A stretch of DNA of 64,000 nt from Rhodoferax sp. GTDB lineage: Bacteria; Pseudomonadota; Gammaproteobacteria; Burkholderiales; Burkholderiaceae_C. Each line of letters opens with the position of its first letter. Position 1 is the stretch's first letter. The DNA lies in the NCBI GenBank assembly GCA_046348185.1, contig JAXMER010000015.1, positions 13,834-77,833 of the forward strand. The letters are read 5' to 3'. A model generated the notes under the pieces. That model saw nothing but the letters and a program-made list of their open reading frames with translations. It was not told where the DNA came from and ran no database searches. This document shows, piece after piece, positions 52,113-61,506 of this stretch. The position numbers and the translations under genes are program-made.

Positions 52113-52691
52113 TCAGCCCAGTGGCGCGGGGCCGGTCAGCGGACTGCTGCCGGTTTCGGCCACGGTCTTGGCCACCAGGTCGGCCAGGCGTTCGCTGGAA
52201 ACGTCGAGCCGACTGGCCAGGATGCGTGCGATGTTGCGGTAGATGATGCGCGCGCTGTCGGCATAGGCGTCCACCCGCTCACGGTCGAAACGCAGCGTCA
52301 CGCTGTCGCGCACTGCGCGCACGGTGGCCGTGCGCAGGTGGTTGCCCACCAGGGTCATTTCTCCAAAGCATTCGCCCGCGCCCAGTCGGGCCAATTCCAC
52401 GGCCTGGTTGCCGCGCATCTTTTCGATGGCCACCTCGCCCGCAATCAGCACGTGGAAAGAACTGCCGATATCGTTCTCGTTAAAGACCACGCTCCCGGCC
52501 TTGTGGGGCATGTGTTCGGCCACGGCCAGAGTGCTCATGAGGCAGTCGTGTGTCATGCCCTGAAAAACCTTCACCCGGTCGGCAATCTTTTGCACCAGAT
52601 TGGCGTCAAGGTTGACCCCGGCCGGACGCTGAATGACGTCGGCGCGCACGTTTTCGGCAAAAATCTTGACGACGGCGGGATCTATTTTCAT
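52113..52691 (-). CDS. Cyclic nucleotide-binding domain protein
   Basis: LGAGECFGEMTLV...RTATVRA is a cNMP-binding signature. Confidence 0.8.
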   Translation of the reverse strand: MKIDPAVVKIFAENVRADVIQRPAGVNLDANLVQKIADRVKVFQGMTHDCLMSTLAVAEHMPHKAGSVVFNENDIGSSFHVLIAGEVAIEKMRGNQAVELARLGAGECFGEMTLVGNHLRTATVRAVRDSVTLRFDRERVDAYADSARIIYRNIARILASRLDVSSERLADLVAKTVAETGSSPLTGPAPLG

Positions 52692-52742
52692 CGGGTGTGA
52701 TCCTACACCCCACGATTTCTTTTGTCAGATCTGGAGTTCAAC

Positions 52743-53417
52743 ATGCTGCAATGGATCAAGGCCAACCGGGGCTTCGTCACCTTTTTGATGCTGTTTGGCC
52801 TGTTTCGCACGGCCGTGGCCGACTGGAATCCCATCCCGTCGGGCTCCATGCATCCCAACTTGCTTGAAGGCGATGTGGTGCTTGTCAACCGGCTGGCCTA
52901 CAACGTCAAGGTGCCGCTGACCGACGTGGTGCTGGCCCACACGGGCGAGCCGCGCCGGGGGGATGTGGTCACGTTTTCCTCACCCAGCGACGGCACGCGC
53001 CTTATCAAGCGCCTGGTAGCGCTGCCGGGCGATGTGGTGGAGATGCATGCGAACCGCCTCACCATCAACGGCCAGCCCGCGCAGTACCAAGACCTGGGCG
53101 TGGCTGCCGAGCAGGTTGACGCCCACACCCGCCTCACGGCGCAGCACCTGCAGGAAACCGTGTTGGGCACCACACGGGATGTGCAGTGGCTGCCCCAGGT
53201 GCAGGGGCGTAGCAGTTTTGGCCCCGTCACGGTGCCTGCGGGTCAGTACCTGATGCTGGGTGACAACCGCGACAACAGCGCCGATTCGCGCTACATCGGC
53301 TTTGTTCCGCGCGAGCTGCTCATTGGCCAGGCCGTGCGCGTGCTGGTCTCTGCCGATATCCTGGATTGGTGGCAACCGCGCTGGTCGCGCTTCGGGCACG
53401 CCTTGGGGGCAAGCTGA
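52743..53417 (+). CDS. S26 family signal peptidase I (short LepB/TraF-like form)
   Basis: IPSGSMHPNLLEGDVVLVNRLAY, RLIKRLVALPGD and GDNRDNSADSRYIGFVP. ATG 52743 preferred over the TTG at 52722. Confidence 0.88.
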   Translation: MLQWIKANRGFVTFLMLFGLFRTAVADWNPIPSGSMHPNLLEGDVVLVNRLAYNVKVPLTDVVLAHTGEPRRGDVVTFSSPSDGTRLIKRLVALPGDVVEMHANRLTINGQPAQYQDLGVAAEQVDAHTRLTAQHLQETVLGTTRDVQWLPQVQGRSSFGPVTVPAGQYLMLGDNRDNSADSRYIGFVPRELLIGQAVRVLVSADILDWWQPRWSRFGHALGAS

Positions 53418-54760
53418 TGACGCAGGCCAACGCCGCCGCGCCCGGCAGTACCGCGCAGCAGCAAACTGCCCTGGCGCATGCCCGTTTTGCCGAGGAGCAA
53501 TGCGTCAACATACCCGAGGCTCGCGCCGCTCAGCCGCGCACCATTGGGCAGGTCGGTGTGGTGGGCGGGGGCACCATGGGTGCGGGTATTGCCGTGGCCG
53601 TGCTGCAGGCCGGGCTGCCGGTGGTGATGGTTGAGCGCGACGATGCAGCCCTGGCACGTGGGCGTGACACCATTGAAAAGGTGTTCGATGGCCAGGTGCA
53701 GAAAGGCCGCATGACCGCCGAGGCCAAGGCCGCAGTGATGGCCCGCTGGATCGGTCGTACTGCATTTGACGCCTTGGCTGAGGTGGATCTGGTCATTGAG
53801 GCTGTGTTCGAAGACATGGCGGTCAAGCACGCCGTGTTTGCCGAACTGCACCGCGTCTGCAAGCCCGGCGCCGTACTGGCCACCAACACCTCGTACCTGG
53901 ACATCGACGCCATCGCCGCAGGTGTGCCGCGCGCGCAAGACGTGATTGGTCTGCATTTTTTCTCGCCCGCGCACATCATGAAACTGCTGGAAGTCGTGGT
54001 ACCGCGGCAGGTGGCACCGGATGTGGTGGCTACGGCGTTTGCGCTGGCGCGCACGCTGGGCAAGGTGGCGGTGCGCGCGGGTGTGTGCGACGGCTTCATC
54101 GGCAATCGCATTCTGGCGGTGTACCGCGCAGCGGCCGACCACATGATGGAAGACGGTGCCTCCCCCTACGAAATTGACGCGGCGCTGCGTGCCTTTGGAT
54201 ACCCCATGGGGCCGTTTCAGGTGTCGGACCTGGCTGGTGGTGACATCGGCTGGGCTACGCGCAAGCGCCGCGCTGCCACGCGCGATCCCCGTGCACGCTA
54301 CGTGCAGATTGCCGATCGACTGTGCGAGCGTGGCTGGTTCGGCCAGAAGACCGGGCGGGGCTACTACCGCTACCCCGACGGTGCGCGCACCGGCGTGCCC
54401 GACCCCGAAGTGCTGGCCATCGTAGATGCCGAACGTGTGCGCGCCGGCATCACGCCACGCCCGTTTACGCCGGAGGAAATCATTCGTCGCTACCTGGCTG
54501 CCATGGTGAACGAAGGCGCCAACGTGGTGCATGAGGGCATCGCCCTGCGTCCGCTCGATGTGGATGCCACTTTTTTGTTTGGCTACGGCTTCCCGCGCGA
54601 GCGTGGCGGCCCCATGCACTATGCCGACACCGTGGGCTTGGCCACCATCCTGAACGACATCCGTATGTTTGCTCGCGACGACCCCTTGTTCTGGCAGCCA
54701 TCGCCCCTGTTGGAGGACCTGGTGGCGCGCGGCGTAACATTGGACAGCCTCAACCACTGA
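53417..54760 (+). CDS. 3-hydroxyacyl-CoA dehydrogenase (NAD-binding)
   Basis: [28 protein letters not shown]...[10 protein letters not shown]...[18 protein letters not shown] 53417 overlaps the upstream stop (TGATG). Confidence 0.9.
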   Translation: MTQANAAAPGSTAQQQTALAHARFAEEQCVNIPEARAAQPRTIGQVGVVGGGTMGAGIAVAVLQAGLPVVMVERDDAALARGRDTIEKVFDGQVQKGRMTAEAKAAVMARWIGRTAFDALAEVDLVIEAVFEDMAVKHAVFAELHRVCKPGAVLATNTSYLDIDAIAAGVPRAQDVIGLHFFSPAHIMKLLEVVVPRQVAPDVVATAFALARTLGKVAVRAGVCDGFIGNRILAVYRAAADHMMEDGASPYEIDAALRAFGYPMGPFQVSDLAGGDIGWATRKRRAATRDPRARYVQIADRLCERGWFGQKTGRGYYRYPDGARTGVPDPEVLAIVDAERVRAGITPRPFTPEEIIRRYLAAMVNEGANVVHEGIALRPLDVDATFLFGYGFPRERGGPMHYADTVGLATILNDIRMFARDDPLFWQPSPLLEDLVARGVTLDSLNH

Positions 54761-54774
54761 CCAGGATTGTTTTC

Positions 54775-55956
54775 ATGCGCGAAGCCGTCATCGTTTCCAC
54801 CGCCCGTACGCCCCTGACCAAGGCCCACCGCGGCGAATTCAACATCACCCCCGGCCCCACCCTGGCGGCCTTTGCCGTGCAGGCCGCGGTGCAGCGCGCG
54901 GGTATCGATCCAGCCCTGATCGAAGACACCATCCTGGGCTGCGGCTACCCCGAGGGCACCACCGGGCGCAACGTGGCACGCCAGACCGTGATTCGCGCCG
55001 GGCTGCCGCTGTCCATCGCGGGTACCACGGTCAACCGCTTCTGCGCCTCAGGCCTGCAATCCATCGCCATGGCGGCCGGGCGCATCGTGCTCGATGGTGC
55101 CCCGGCCATGATTGCCGGGGGGGTTGAGAGCATTTCAGGCATTCGCGCCCGCGACGATGCCAACTCCGGCATGGACCCCTGGATCGTGGAACACAAGCCC
55201 GACCTGTACATGGCCATGATCGACACCGCCGACATCGTGGCCCAGCGCTACGGCATTAGCCGCGAGGCGCAGGACCGCTTCTCGGTGGAAAGCCAGCGCA
55301 AGACCGCCGAGGCCCAGGCCGCCGGGCGCTTTGCCGACGAAATCGTGCCCTGCACCACGGTTATGGCCGTAACCGACAAGGCCACCGGCACAGTCAGCCA
55401 GCGCGAGGTAACAGCCACCGCCGACAACTGCAACCGCCCTGGCACCTCGTACGAAAGTCTGGCCAAGCTCGAACCGGTGAAGGGGCCGGACAAGTTCATC
55501 ACCGCTGGCAATGCCTCGCAGTTGTCGGATGGCGCCAGCGCCTGTGTGCTGATGGAGGCGCGCGAAGCCGAACGTCTGGGCCTGTCGCCCCTGGGCGCCT
55601 TCCGGGGTCTGGCCGTGGCCGGCTGCGAGCCCGACGAGATGGGCATCGGCCCCGTGTTCGCGGTGCCGAAGCTGCTGGCCCGCCATGGCCTCACGGTGGA
55701 CGATATCGACCTGTGGGAGCTGAACGAGGCTTTTGCCTCCCAATCCATCTACTGCCAGCAGCGACTGGGTATCCCGGACGAGCGCCTCAACGTCAACGGC
55801 GGCGCCATCTCGGTGGGCCATCCCTTCGGCATGACCGGCGCGCGCCTGGTCGGCCATGTGTTGCTCGAAGGCCGTCGGCGCAAGGCCAAGTACGCGGTGG
55901 TCACCATGTGCATCGCTGCGGGCATGGGCGCGGCGGGGTTGTTCGAGGTGTTTTGA
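54775..55956 (+). CDS. Acetyl-CoA C-acyltransferase (thiolase)
   Basis: [22 protein letters not shown]...[11 protein letters not shown]...[18 protein letters not shown]. Confidence 0.95.
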   Translation: MREAVIVSTARTPLTKAHRGEFNITPGPTLAAFAVQAAVQRAGIDPALIEDTILGCGYPEGTTGRNVARQTVIRAGLPLSIAGTTVNRFCASGLQSIAMAAGRIVLDGAPAMIAGGVESISGIRARDDANSGMDPWIVEHKPDLYMAMIDTADIVAQRYGISREAQDRFSVESQRKTAEAQAAGRFADEIVPCTTVMAVTDKATGTVSQREVTATADNCNRPGTSYESLAKLEPVKGPDKFITAGNASQLSDGASACVLMEAREAERLGLSPLGAFRGLAVAGCEPDEMGIGPVFAVPKLLARHGLTVDDIDLWELNEAFASQSIYCQQRLGIPDERLNVNGGAISVGHPFGMTGARLVGHVLLEGRRRKAKYAVVTMCIAAGMGAAGLFEVF

Positions 55957-55972
55957 ACAAGAAATGGGACGG

Positions 55973-56015
55973 TAGCCACCGTGAAATATGCCTAGATTGC
56001 TATGACATTCATAGC
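55973..56015 (+). repeat. Type-1 43-nt repeat, copy N (intergenic, downstream of the thiolase gene)
   Basis: TAGCCACCG TGAAATATGCCTAGATT GCTATGACATTCATAGC. Sits at the point where GC content drops. Confidence 0.85.
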
Positions 56016-56065
56016 GTATTGGTGTGCGACCAGTGCCACGACGGCGGTCGCCACCGGAGTGAAGG

Positions 56066-56992
56066 CTATGAGCAGCGAACCGAGTTCACCATCTTTTGGA
56101 TGATTTCGACCCCGTTTTGCGGGGTTTTCTCACTCAAGATCGATCCAAAGCGACGCAGCACCACGACCTGATGCGGCTTGACTTCCTTGGCCGCCTCTAC
56201 AAGATAGAAGTGCCGGTGCATGCGTTCAAAGCGCGCTTGGGCCGCTTGGAAGTCGAGTTGCTGGTTCCGGAGCTTTTCGGTGGCTGCCCGTTCGGCGCGG
56301 CGGTAGGCGTCGCGGTCGGACTGGCTGCGAAAATCATCAACGCCGATCCAAATCCATGGACTCAAGGTTTTATTGGTGTTTGACGCAAGGCCGTACGTTG
56401 GCAATTCTGCGATGATGTCGGTCGGCTCCAGTTTGCTGCGGGGAACTTGTCTGGGATTGACTTGCGCCACGCCATGCGGAGATGCCAGGTACGAAAGGCG
56501 CATTTTCCAACCATCCAGGCTGGCCTCGCTGAGAACTTGCTGATGGTCCTTGAGCACATCGACCTGGCTGGCAAAGGCGTAGTCGAACAGGTACGCAAGG
56601 CGTGTTCGCACGAGTGGATGGGTAACGTCAGCAAAGCTTGCGTTGGTGAAGGCTTGCTCCGGGGTGCTGGATGGTAGAGCGTAGAACTCAGCCCAGGCCT
56701 CTCCTTCCGTGTCGTCATTGGATGTGGCGATTTCCGCACTGTGCCCACGGTAGCTGAACGGATCGTAGCTGGTGACGCGGCGCGCAAAGCCGCTTGGAAA
56801 CCGCACAGAACATGGAAAAGTGGATGCGGTGTAGTCACGCTGGCTTTGCAGCCTCTCGTAGCGTGCTCGCTGTGCATCGGCCTGCGCACGGGCCTTGGAG
56901 TGCTGCATAATCGCGAACGCAATGCCCGCCACGGTCACGACGATTGCAATCCACAGTGCTACAGGTTTGATAGGTTGTTTCGCACTGCCCAT
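56066..56992 (-). CDS. Hypothetical membrane-anchored protein
   Basis: ATG 56992. One N-terminal TM helix (VALWIAIVVTVAGIAFAIM). No family recognised. Lies in lower-GC DNA. Confidence 0.55.
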   Translation of the reverse strand: MGSAKQPIKPVALWIAIVVTVAGIAFAIMQHSKARAQADAQRARYERLQSQRDYTASTFPCSVRFPSGFARRVTSYDPFSYRGHSAEIATSNDDTEGEAWAEFYALPSSTPEQAFTNASFADVTHPLVRTRLAYLFDYAFASQVDVLKDHQQVLSEASLDGWKMRLSYLASPHGVAQVNPRQVPRSKLEPTDIIAELPTYGLASNTNKTLSPWIWIGVDDFRSQSDRDAYRRAERAATEKLRNQQLDFQAAQARFERMHRHFYLVEAAKEVKPHQVVVLRRFGSILSEKTPQNGVEIIQKMVNSVRCS

Positions 56993-57084
56993 GTTCAGCT
57001 TTCTTACTTTGTGGGGCAACAGTCTAGCCAACGGCCGGATGGATTTCCAAACTATTTATGCATCTCCAATGCAAGGGATTAAAC

Positions 57085-58653
57085 ATGCCCCAACCGCAAG
57101 TCTTGATTTCAGAACTTGACGTAGAAGCCGCAAACGGAAATGGCAATTTGCAAACATGGTCGCCGTGGGTGCGTTTTGCACTGCAAGGACCAACCCCGGC
57201 AGGTGGGCAGCTGAGTGTGATTTTTTGCCACCCTGATGGCAGCGACTGGTTTGCGCTGTGGAGCGAAGTGGCGGAAATTGGCGCCGACGACAGCCTGCGC
57301 TTTGACTTGTGGACTGCGCAGGATGAGTACCACAGCACGCAAGCAGGCACCTACCCCTTTCGCATCAAGCTTGAAAGTGAGATTGATGGCGTGAATGAAA
57401 CCTTGTTTCAAGGCGAGTTGGTAGTCTGCGTCGACGAAGGAAAATTCGTCGCCCGGCACGACTGGCTGTTGTCCTGCGGAGCCGTTTGGTTCGAAATGGA
57501 TGATGCGGATGCACCGGAGCTGGCGCTTGCTTGGTGGCTGCCCGGCGGACCGGATAGCAGTCAAGTGTCGGCCTATCTTTTTCACGAGGGTCAGCGTGTG
57601 CTGTCAACAGAGAATAGTGCGCAAGGGTATGTGGAGTTTTCTCGCAGTGTGCGTGCCAGCGACAACGAGACGGTTGTCTGCTCACGCTTTGTGGCCCGCC
57701 TTATCAAAGCTAAAGCCTGGGTTAATGTCGAATATGCGGACATGGAGGGTTGGCAGGTGCTGGCCCAACAACCGGGCCGGTATGAGCTCAAGATCGCGGT
57801 CGATCGCAAGCCGGTGCGCGCCCTGCGGTTTGTGGTCGACCCCAATGGTCGAATTGTGGGTGATGGCGCGTTTCGCGGTGAGCGGGGTACTTGGTGGATG
57901 CCACTGCAAACCGAAGTGATCGCCAAGGGAGAGGGTGCTGGGCCGGTCGCGCCTGACGACCGGGCATGGTACGGAAATCCCAACCTACAGCCCGAGGCGA
58001 CCGTAGATAGGGTCTATGCCCAGCAGAACGTTCAAACGGGCGAGAGCGAAAACGTCCCGACCATGGACGCTGCAGCCGATGCGCTTGTTGATGATGCCGA
58101 AAAGCTCTATCGCTGGTATTACGACGACATGACCCGCGGCACCACGCAAGACGGTGATCCGGTCGATCCCGAGCAGTGCCAGATGGCGATCGAGAGGGTC
58201 GATGCGTTGCTGCCAGACTTCGCGAACTTGGCGCAACGCCTGGGTGAGCCGCTTGAAGTTCCCTTTGCTGATGGGCGGCACGGCTTGCACGAGATCGTGG
58301 GTTGGATGCAGGACATTCGGCAGGGGGCACAGCGTATTCTCAAGGCGCGTAGCCAGGCCAGCGCGGCGGAACTGGCTCCCTACTTGGCGCTGCTGCAGGC
58401 CGACAAACGAAAGATTTTTGAGCAACACCCGGCTGGAGAATACGCCTACTACACGAGCCACAAACGGCCAATCGAATCACCCGAAGAACTTGCAGGTGCA
58501 GAGTGGTGGTACTTCGAAGGTCAGGAAGACGCGGGCTATATCACCCAGAAGTGGATCGTCAAGGGCTGGCGCTTTAACTCCAGCCACGAAACAATCGATC
58601 AGGTCGAAACCAGTGGACATGGGGTGCGGGCGCCATCATCGGCGTTTCAATAG
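57085..58653 (+). CDS. Hypothetical protein, 522 aa, no signal peptide
   Basis: ATG 57085 inside ORF 57058..58653. No motif recognised. Confidence 0.6.
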   Translation: MPQPQVLISELDVEAANGNGNLQTWSPWVRFALQGPTPAGGQLSVIFCHPDGSDWFALWSEVAEIGADDSLRFDLWTAQDEYHSTQAGTYPFRIKLESEIDGVNETLFQGELVVCVDEGKFVARHDWLLSCGAVWFEMDDADAPELALAWWLPGGPDSSQVSAYLFHEGQRVLSTENSAQGYVEFSRSVRASDNETVVCSRFVARLIKAKAWVNVEYADMEGWQVLAQQPGRYELKIAVDRKPVRALRFVVDPNGRIVGDGAFRGERGTWWMPLQTEVIAKGEGAGPVAPDDRAWYGNPNLQPEATVDRVYAQQNVQTGESENVPTMDAAADALVDDAEKLYRWYYDDMTRGTTQDGDPVDPEQCQMAIERVDALLPDFANLAQRLGEPLEVPFADGRHGLHEIVGWMQDIRQGAQRILKARSQASAAELAPYLALLQADKRKIFEQHPAGEYAYYTSHKRPIESPEELAGAEWWYFEGQEDAGYITQKWIVKGWRFNSSHETIDQVETSGHGVRAPSSAFQ

Positions 58654-58670
58654 TCTGCAACGGCGACGCA

Positions 58671-59870
58671 GTGACTACTCCAACTTCCAAGCCGTCAGCG
58701 GCCAACACGAGAAGCGGCGAACCATCGAACGGAACCGTATGGGGCCGAGTGGGGCAGGTTTGTCTAGCTTGTCTGGGGGTATTCGGTTCGTTGTCCGCGC
58801 AAGCCAATGCGGCAACCGATCCGATCTTTCCTCTAACCACGCAACCGGGACTGGTCGCCCGTCCATGGGATCTTGGCGGGGTTCACGAATTGATCGACCA
58901 CGCGATTTCACCCGATGGGCAACGCGTTCTGGTAGTTGTTCGTCCATTGGCCGACGGTCCCATTGAGCTTCGGGTATACGATGATCAAAACCGATACCAA
59001 GGGCGTGCCCCATTGCCCGAAGCCATGGCCAAGCGACATGTGGATATGTTTTTTCTGGAAAACGGGCAACTCGTTCTGGACGACAGTGTGGCGTTTTACT
59101 TCGTGGATTGGGATCGAGACAAAGTCCAGGTTTTCCGTCAATGTCGGCAGGCGGCATATCCGTTGCGGGACTCCCATGCCAGGGAAGCACGCGATGACGC
59201 CGAGCGCTGGCGTGAGGATGAGTTGAAGCGCCTGCAACAACAGTTCAACTTCACGACCGCGCAGGTGAACGCTCCTCCTGAAAAGTGGCCGCCTGCGTAT
59301 CGTACGGCAGCTGCCCCGGTCTACCGAGCCATGGGTGAACGGATTGAGGCGGGCATTCACGCGCGCTATGTCAAGACACTGCAGCCGCTAGTTGCCGCCA
59401 GTGAGCCGTTGCAGGGTTTGCAGCGCATCTATTCAACTGGCGTGGTGCAGCAGTATGCCCGGCTCCCTACCGATGGCGGCATCTGGTATTGCGACGTTCA
59501 CCCACTGCCAGGCGCTGCGTCCGCCAGGTGGCTTCGGATCGTTTCTCGTCAAGGCTTGGAGGTGGAAGCTGATTCACCGCGCGTCGCACGCGAAGGCCAG
59601 TCCGTACGCGATGGGGGTACTACTGTGTCCGTCTTACGACGCAAATCCACCAGCACCTATGAGCAGGATCTTGTGGGGCGTGCTACTGAGGATGTTGTCT
59701 ACGAAGTCTCTACAGCACAGGGTAGCTACCGTACCCTGGTGAAAGATGCACCTTTCAAGATGGCCCGCGATCTTGCCATGCGCCTGGCCAGCAACGAACT
59801 GCTGGTTAGATACCGCGGCGGGCTTCATCTTCTGCCACGCCCAGTGGCGCCGACCTCTGCGCCCAAGTAA
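58671..59870 (+). CDS. Hypothetical secreted protein
   Basis: GTG start. Signal peptide ...VCLACLGVFGSLSAQANA. No family recognised. Confidence 0.55.
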   Translation: MTTPTSKPSAANTRSGEPSNGTVWGRVGQVCLACLGVFGSLSAQANAATDPIFPLTTQPGLVARPWDLGGVHELIDHAISPDGQRVLVVVRPLADGPIELRVYDDQNRYQGRAPLPEAMAKRHVDMFFLENGQLVLDDSVAFYFVDWDRDKVQVFRQCRQAAYPLRDSHAREARDDAERWREDELKRLQQQFNFTTAQVNAPPEKWPPAYRTAAAPVYRAMGERIEAGIHARYVKTLQPLVAASEPLQGLQRIYSTGVVQQYARLPTDGGIWYCDVHPLPGAASARWLRIVSRQGLEVEADSPRVAREGQSVRDGGTTVSVLRRKSTSTYEQDLVGRATEDVVYEVSTAQGSYRTLVKDAPFKMARDLAMRLASNELLVRYRGGLHLLPRPVAPTSAPK

Positions 59871-59905
59871 TGACATCTCCCACGATTTTTCTGGATTAGA
59901 TCTCG

Positions 59906-60277
59906 ATGCTGACACTTCTCATTGTGTTATTCGGGCTATTACTCGCTATCGTCTGTGTCGCACTAGGAGGATTGGCGGTTGCGGTGCTCAATTTGCTGAA
60001 CCGGTTACTTCAGTTAGGGGGATGGGGTATTACGCCGACCGTGCGATGGAGCGTGGGGGCGTTGCTGACCATTGCCCTGGGTGTAACGCTAGCGCGGGTG
60101 CTGGGTGCGCAGTGGGCCCAGACGGAATATGAACAAATCAGTAGTTGGATCATGAGTGCATCGATAGCGCTGGCCGTCATCCTGTATCTGATATTGGCGT
60201 TTTTTTTTGGCGGGCTTTCCTGGCTGTATCGAAAAATCCGGCCTGAGTCGGATACTTCATCAAAAGGTGGTGCATGA
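59906..60277 (+). CDS. Small hypothetical membrane protein (about 3 TM helices)
   Basis: Hydrophobic throughout. Its stop overlaps the next start (ATGA). Confidence 0.55.
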   Translation: MLTLLIVLFGLLLAIVCVALGGLAVAVLNLLNRLLQLGGWGITPTVRWSVGALLTIALGVTLARVLGAQWAQTEYEQISSWIMSASIALAVILYLILAFFFGGLSWLYRKIRPESDTSSKGGA

Positions 60278-61506
60278 AAATCCTTTTCAATGGGCTGGCC
60301 ATTGTTGTTGGGCTAGGGCTGTTGGTCATCGTTGGCTTGATCGGTCTTGCAGCGCGGGCGCCTGAGCCCGTGTCCTTGGCGCAAGCCCTCACCACTTTGT
60401 CGGCTGCGGAGCGTGACGCGCTGGCAACGGCGACGCGTGCCGCTGGGACAACACCCGAAGCGCTACGGCTGGTGTACGACGCGCGTGGCCCCTTGTTCGA
60501 TAACGCCGTCAATGCGCATGCCGTAGTTATAGAGGGCGGGCACGTCATCGGCTTGAGCCTGCAATCGAACGACTGGAATGCCGTACCTGATTTCTCGACT
60601 CTGACGTCGCTGCGCTCGCTGCACTTGGCCGGCAGTGGGCTACCGGGTTGGCCCCGGTTTGATGGGTTGCATGAACTGCAATTTCTCGACCTGAGTGGGC
60701 AACCGCTTGGCGCCTCAACGCCGACGCTACCGCTATCCCTGCAAACCTTGCGCCTGGCCCGTAGCGCGGTGGGCGATCTTGCACCGTTGGCAGGGTTGAG
60801 CGGGTTGAGGTCGCTTGACCTGAGCGCAACCCGTGTCAAGTCGATCGAAGCAATTGTTGGGCTTGCACTGGACAGTCTGCGTTTGGTTGATACGCCGATC
60901 GAGCAGCTGCCCCAGACCCTGCCCACACGGGGAGCATGGAAACTTGATCTGGATGGCACGCGTCTGGTTCAGCCATCGGGCTACGTTGAGCAGTGGCCCT
61001 TCAATGGGATGGTTCAAACCAGTCGTGTTCAAGGTGATCGCGCACATGGCCGGGTGGCACGGGCGGGGATGGATGTGCAGGGGGTTATTGCTGAGCAAAG
61101 TGAGACTCGTGGGCATGACCTTCCAGAAACGATGGACAGTGACGTTGGCACAGTGGTCGTTCGCCTGTCGCTGGAGCAAGGACATGTCCGTGTCTGGTTG
61201 GAGGAACCGCCTGAATTGTTCAGCTCCCCCTGGTTTCGAGAGGGTAAGGTTAAAGGCTTTGGTGCGATGCGTCGAAGGGGTTATGTTTTTGCCGACTTGA
61301 AGGCCGGGCAAACGGTTGAGTTACGCGGAGGGCTTCGTCATGGAACGCGCGATACGTATTACGACCACGCTCGTGAAAATCGAAGGCAGGCGCGCTTGGC
61401 AGATAACCCCTCCGTATACAGCTTCTTTGTCGAACCCCTGGACGGTCCAATCCGTGGCTTGCGCTATCAATTCAGAAACGCCAAAGACACGCGCACGCCA
61501 TCATGA
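60274..61506 (+). CDS. Membrane-anchored leucine-rich repeat (LRR) protein
   Basis: N-terminal TM helix (LAIVVGLGLLVIVGLIGLAA), then about 6 LxxLxLxxxxL units (LTSLRSLHLAGSGL, LHELQFLDLSGQPL, LQTLRLARSAV, LSGLRSLDLSATRV, LDSLRLVDTPI). C-terminal ~170 aa unassigned. Confidence 0.7.
   Translation: MKILFNGLAIVVGLGLLVIVGLIGLAARAPEPVSLAQALTTLSAAERDALATATRAAGTTPEALRLVYDARGPLFDNAVNAHAVVIEGGHVIGLSLQSNDWNAVPDFSTLTSLRSLHLAGSGLPGWPRFDGLHELQFLDLSGQPLGASTPTLPLSLQTLRLARSAVGDLAPLAGLSGLRSLDLSATRVKSIEAIVGLALDSLRLVDTPIEQLPQTLPTRGAWKLDLDGTRLVQPSGYVEQWPFNGMVQTSRVQGDRAHGRVARAGMDVQGVIAEQSETRGHDLPETMDSDVGTVVVRLSLEQGHVRVWLEEPPELFSSPWFREGKVKGFGAMRRRGYVFADLKAGQTVELRGGLRHGTRDTYYDHARENRRQARLADNPSVYSFFVEPLDGPIRGLRYQFRNAKDTRTPS

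Noticed and set aside
53291-54757. 488-aa minus-strand ORF
   Set aside because: Antisense to the 3-hydroxyacyl-CoA dehydrogenase gene. Shadow ORF.
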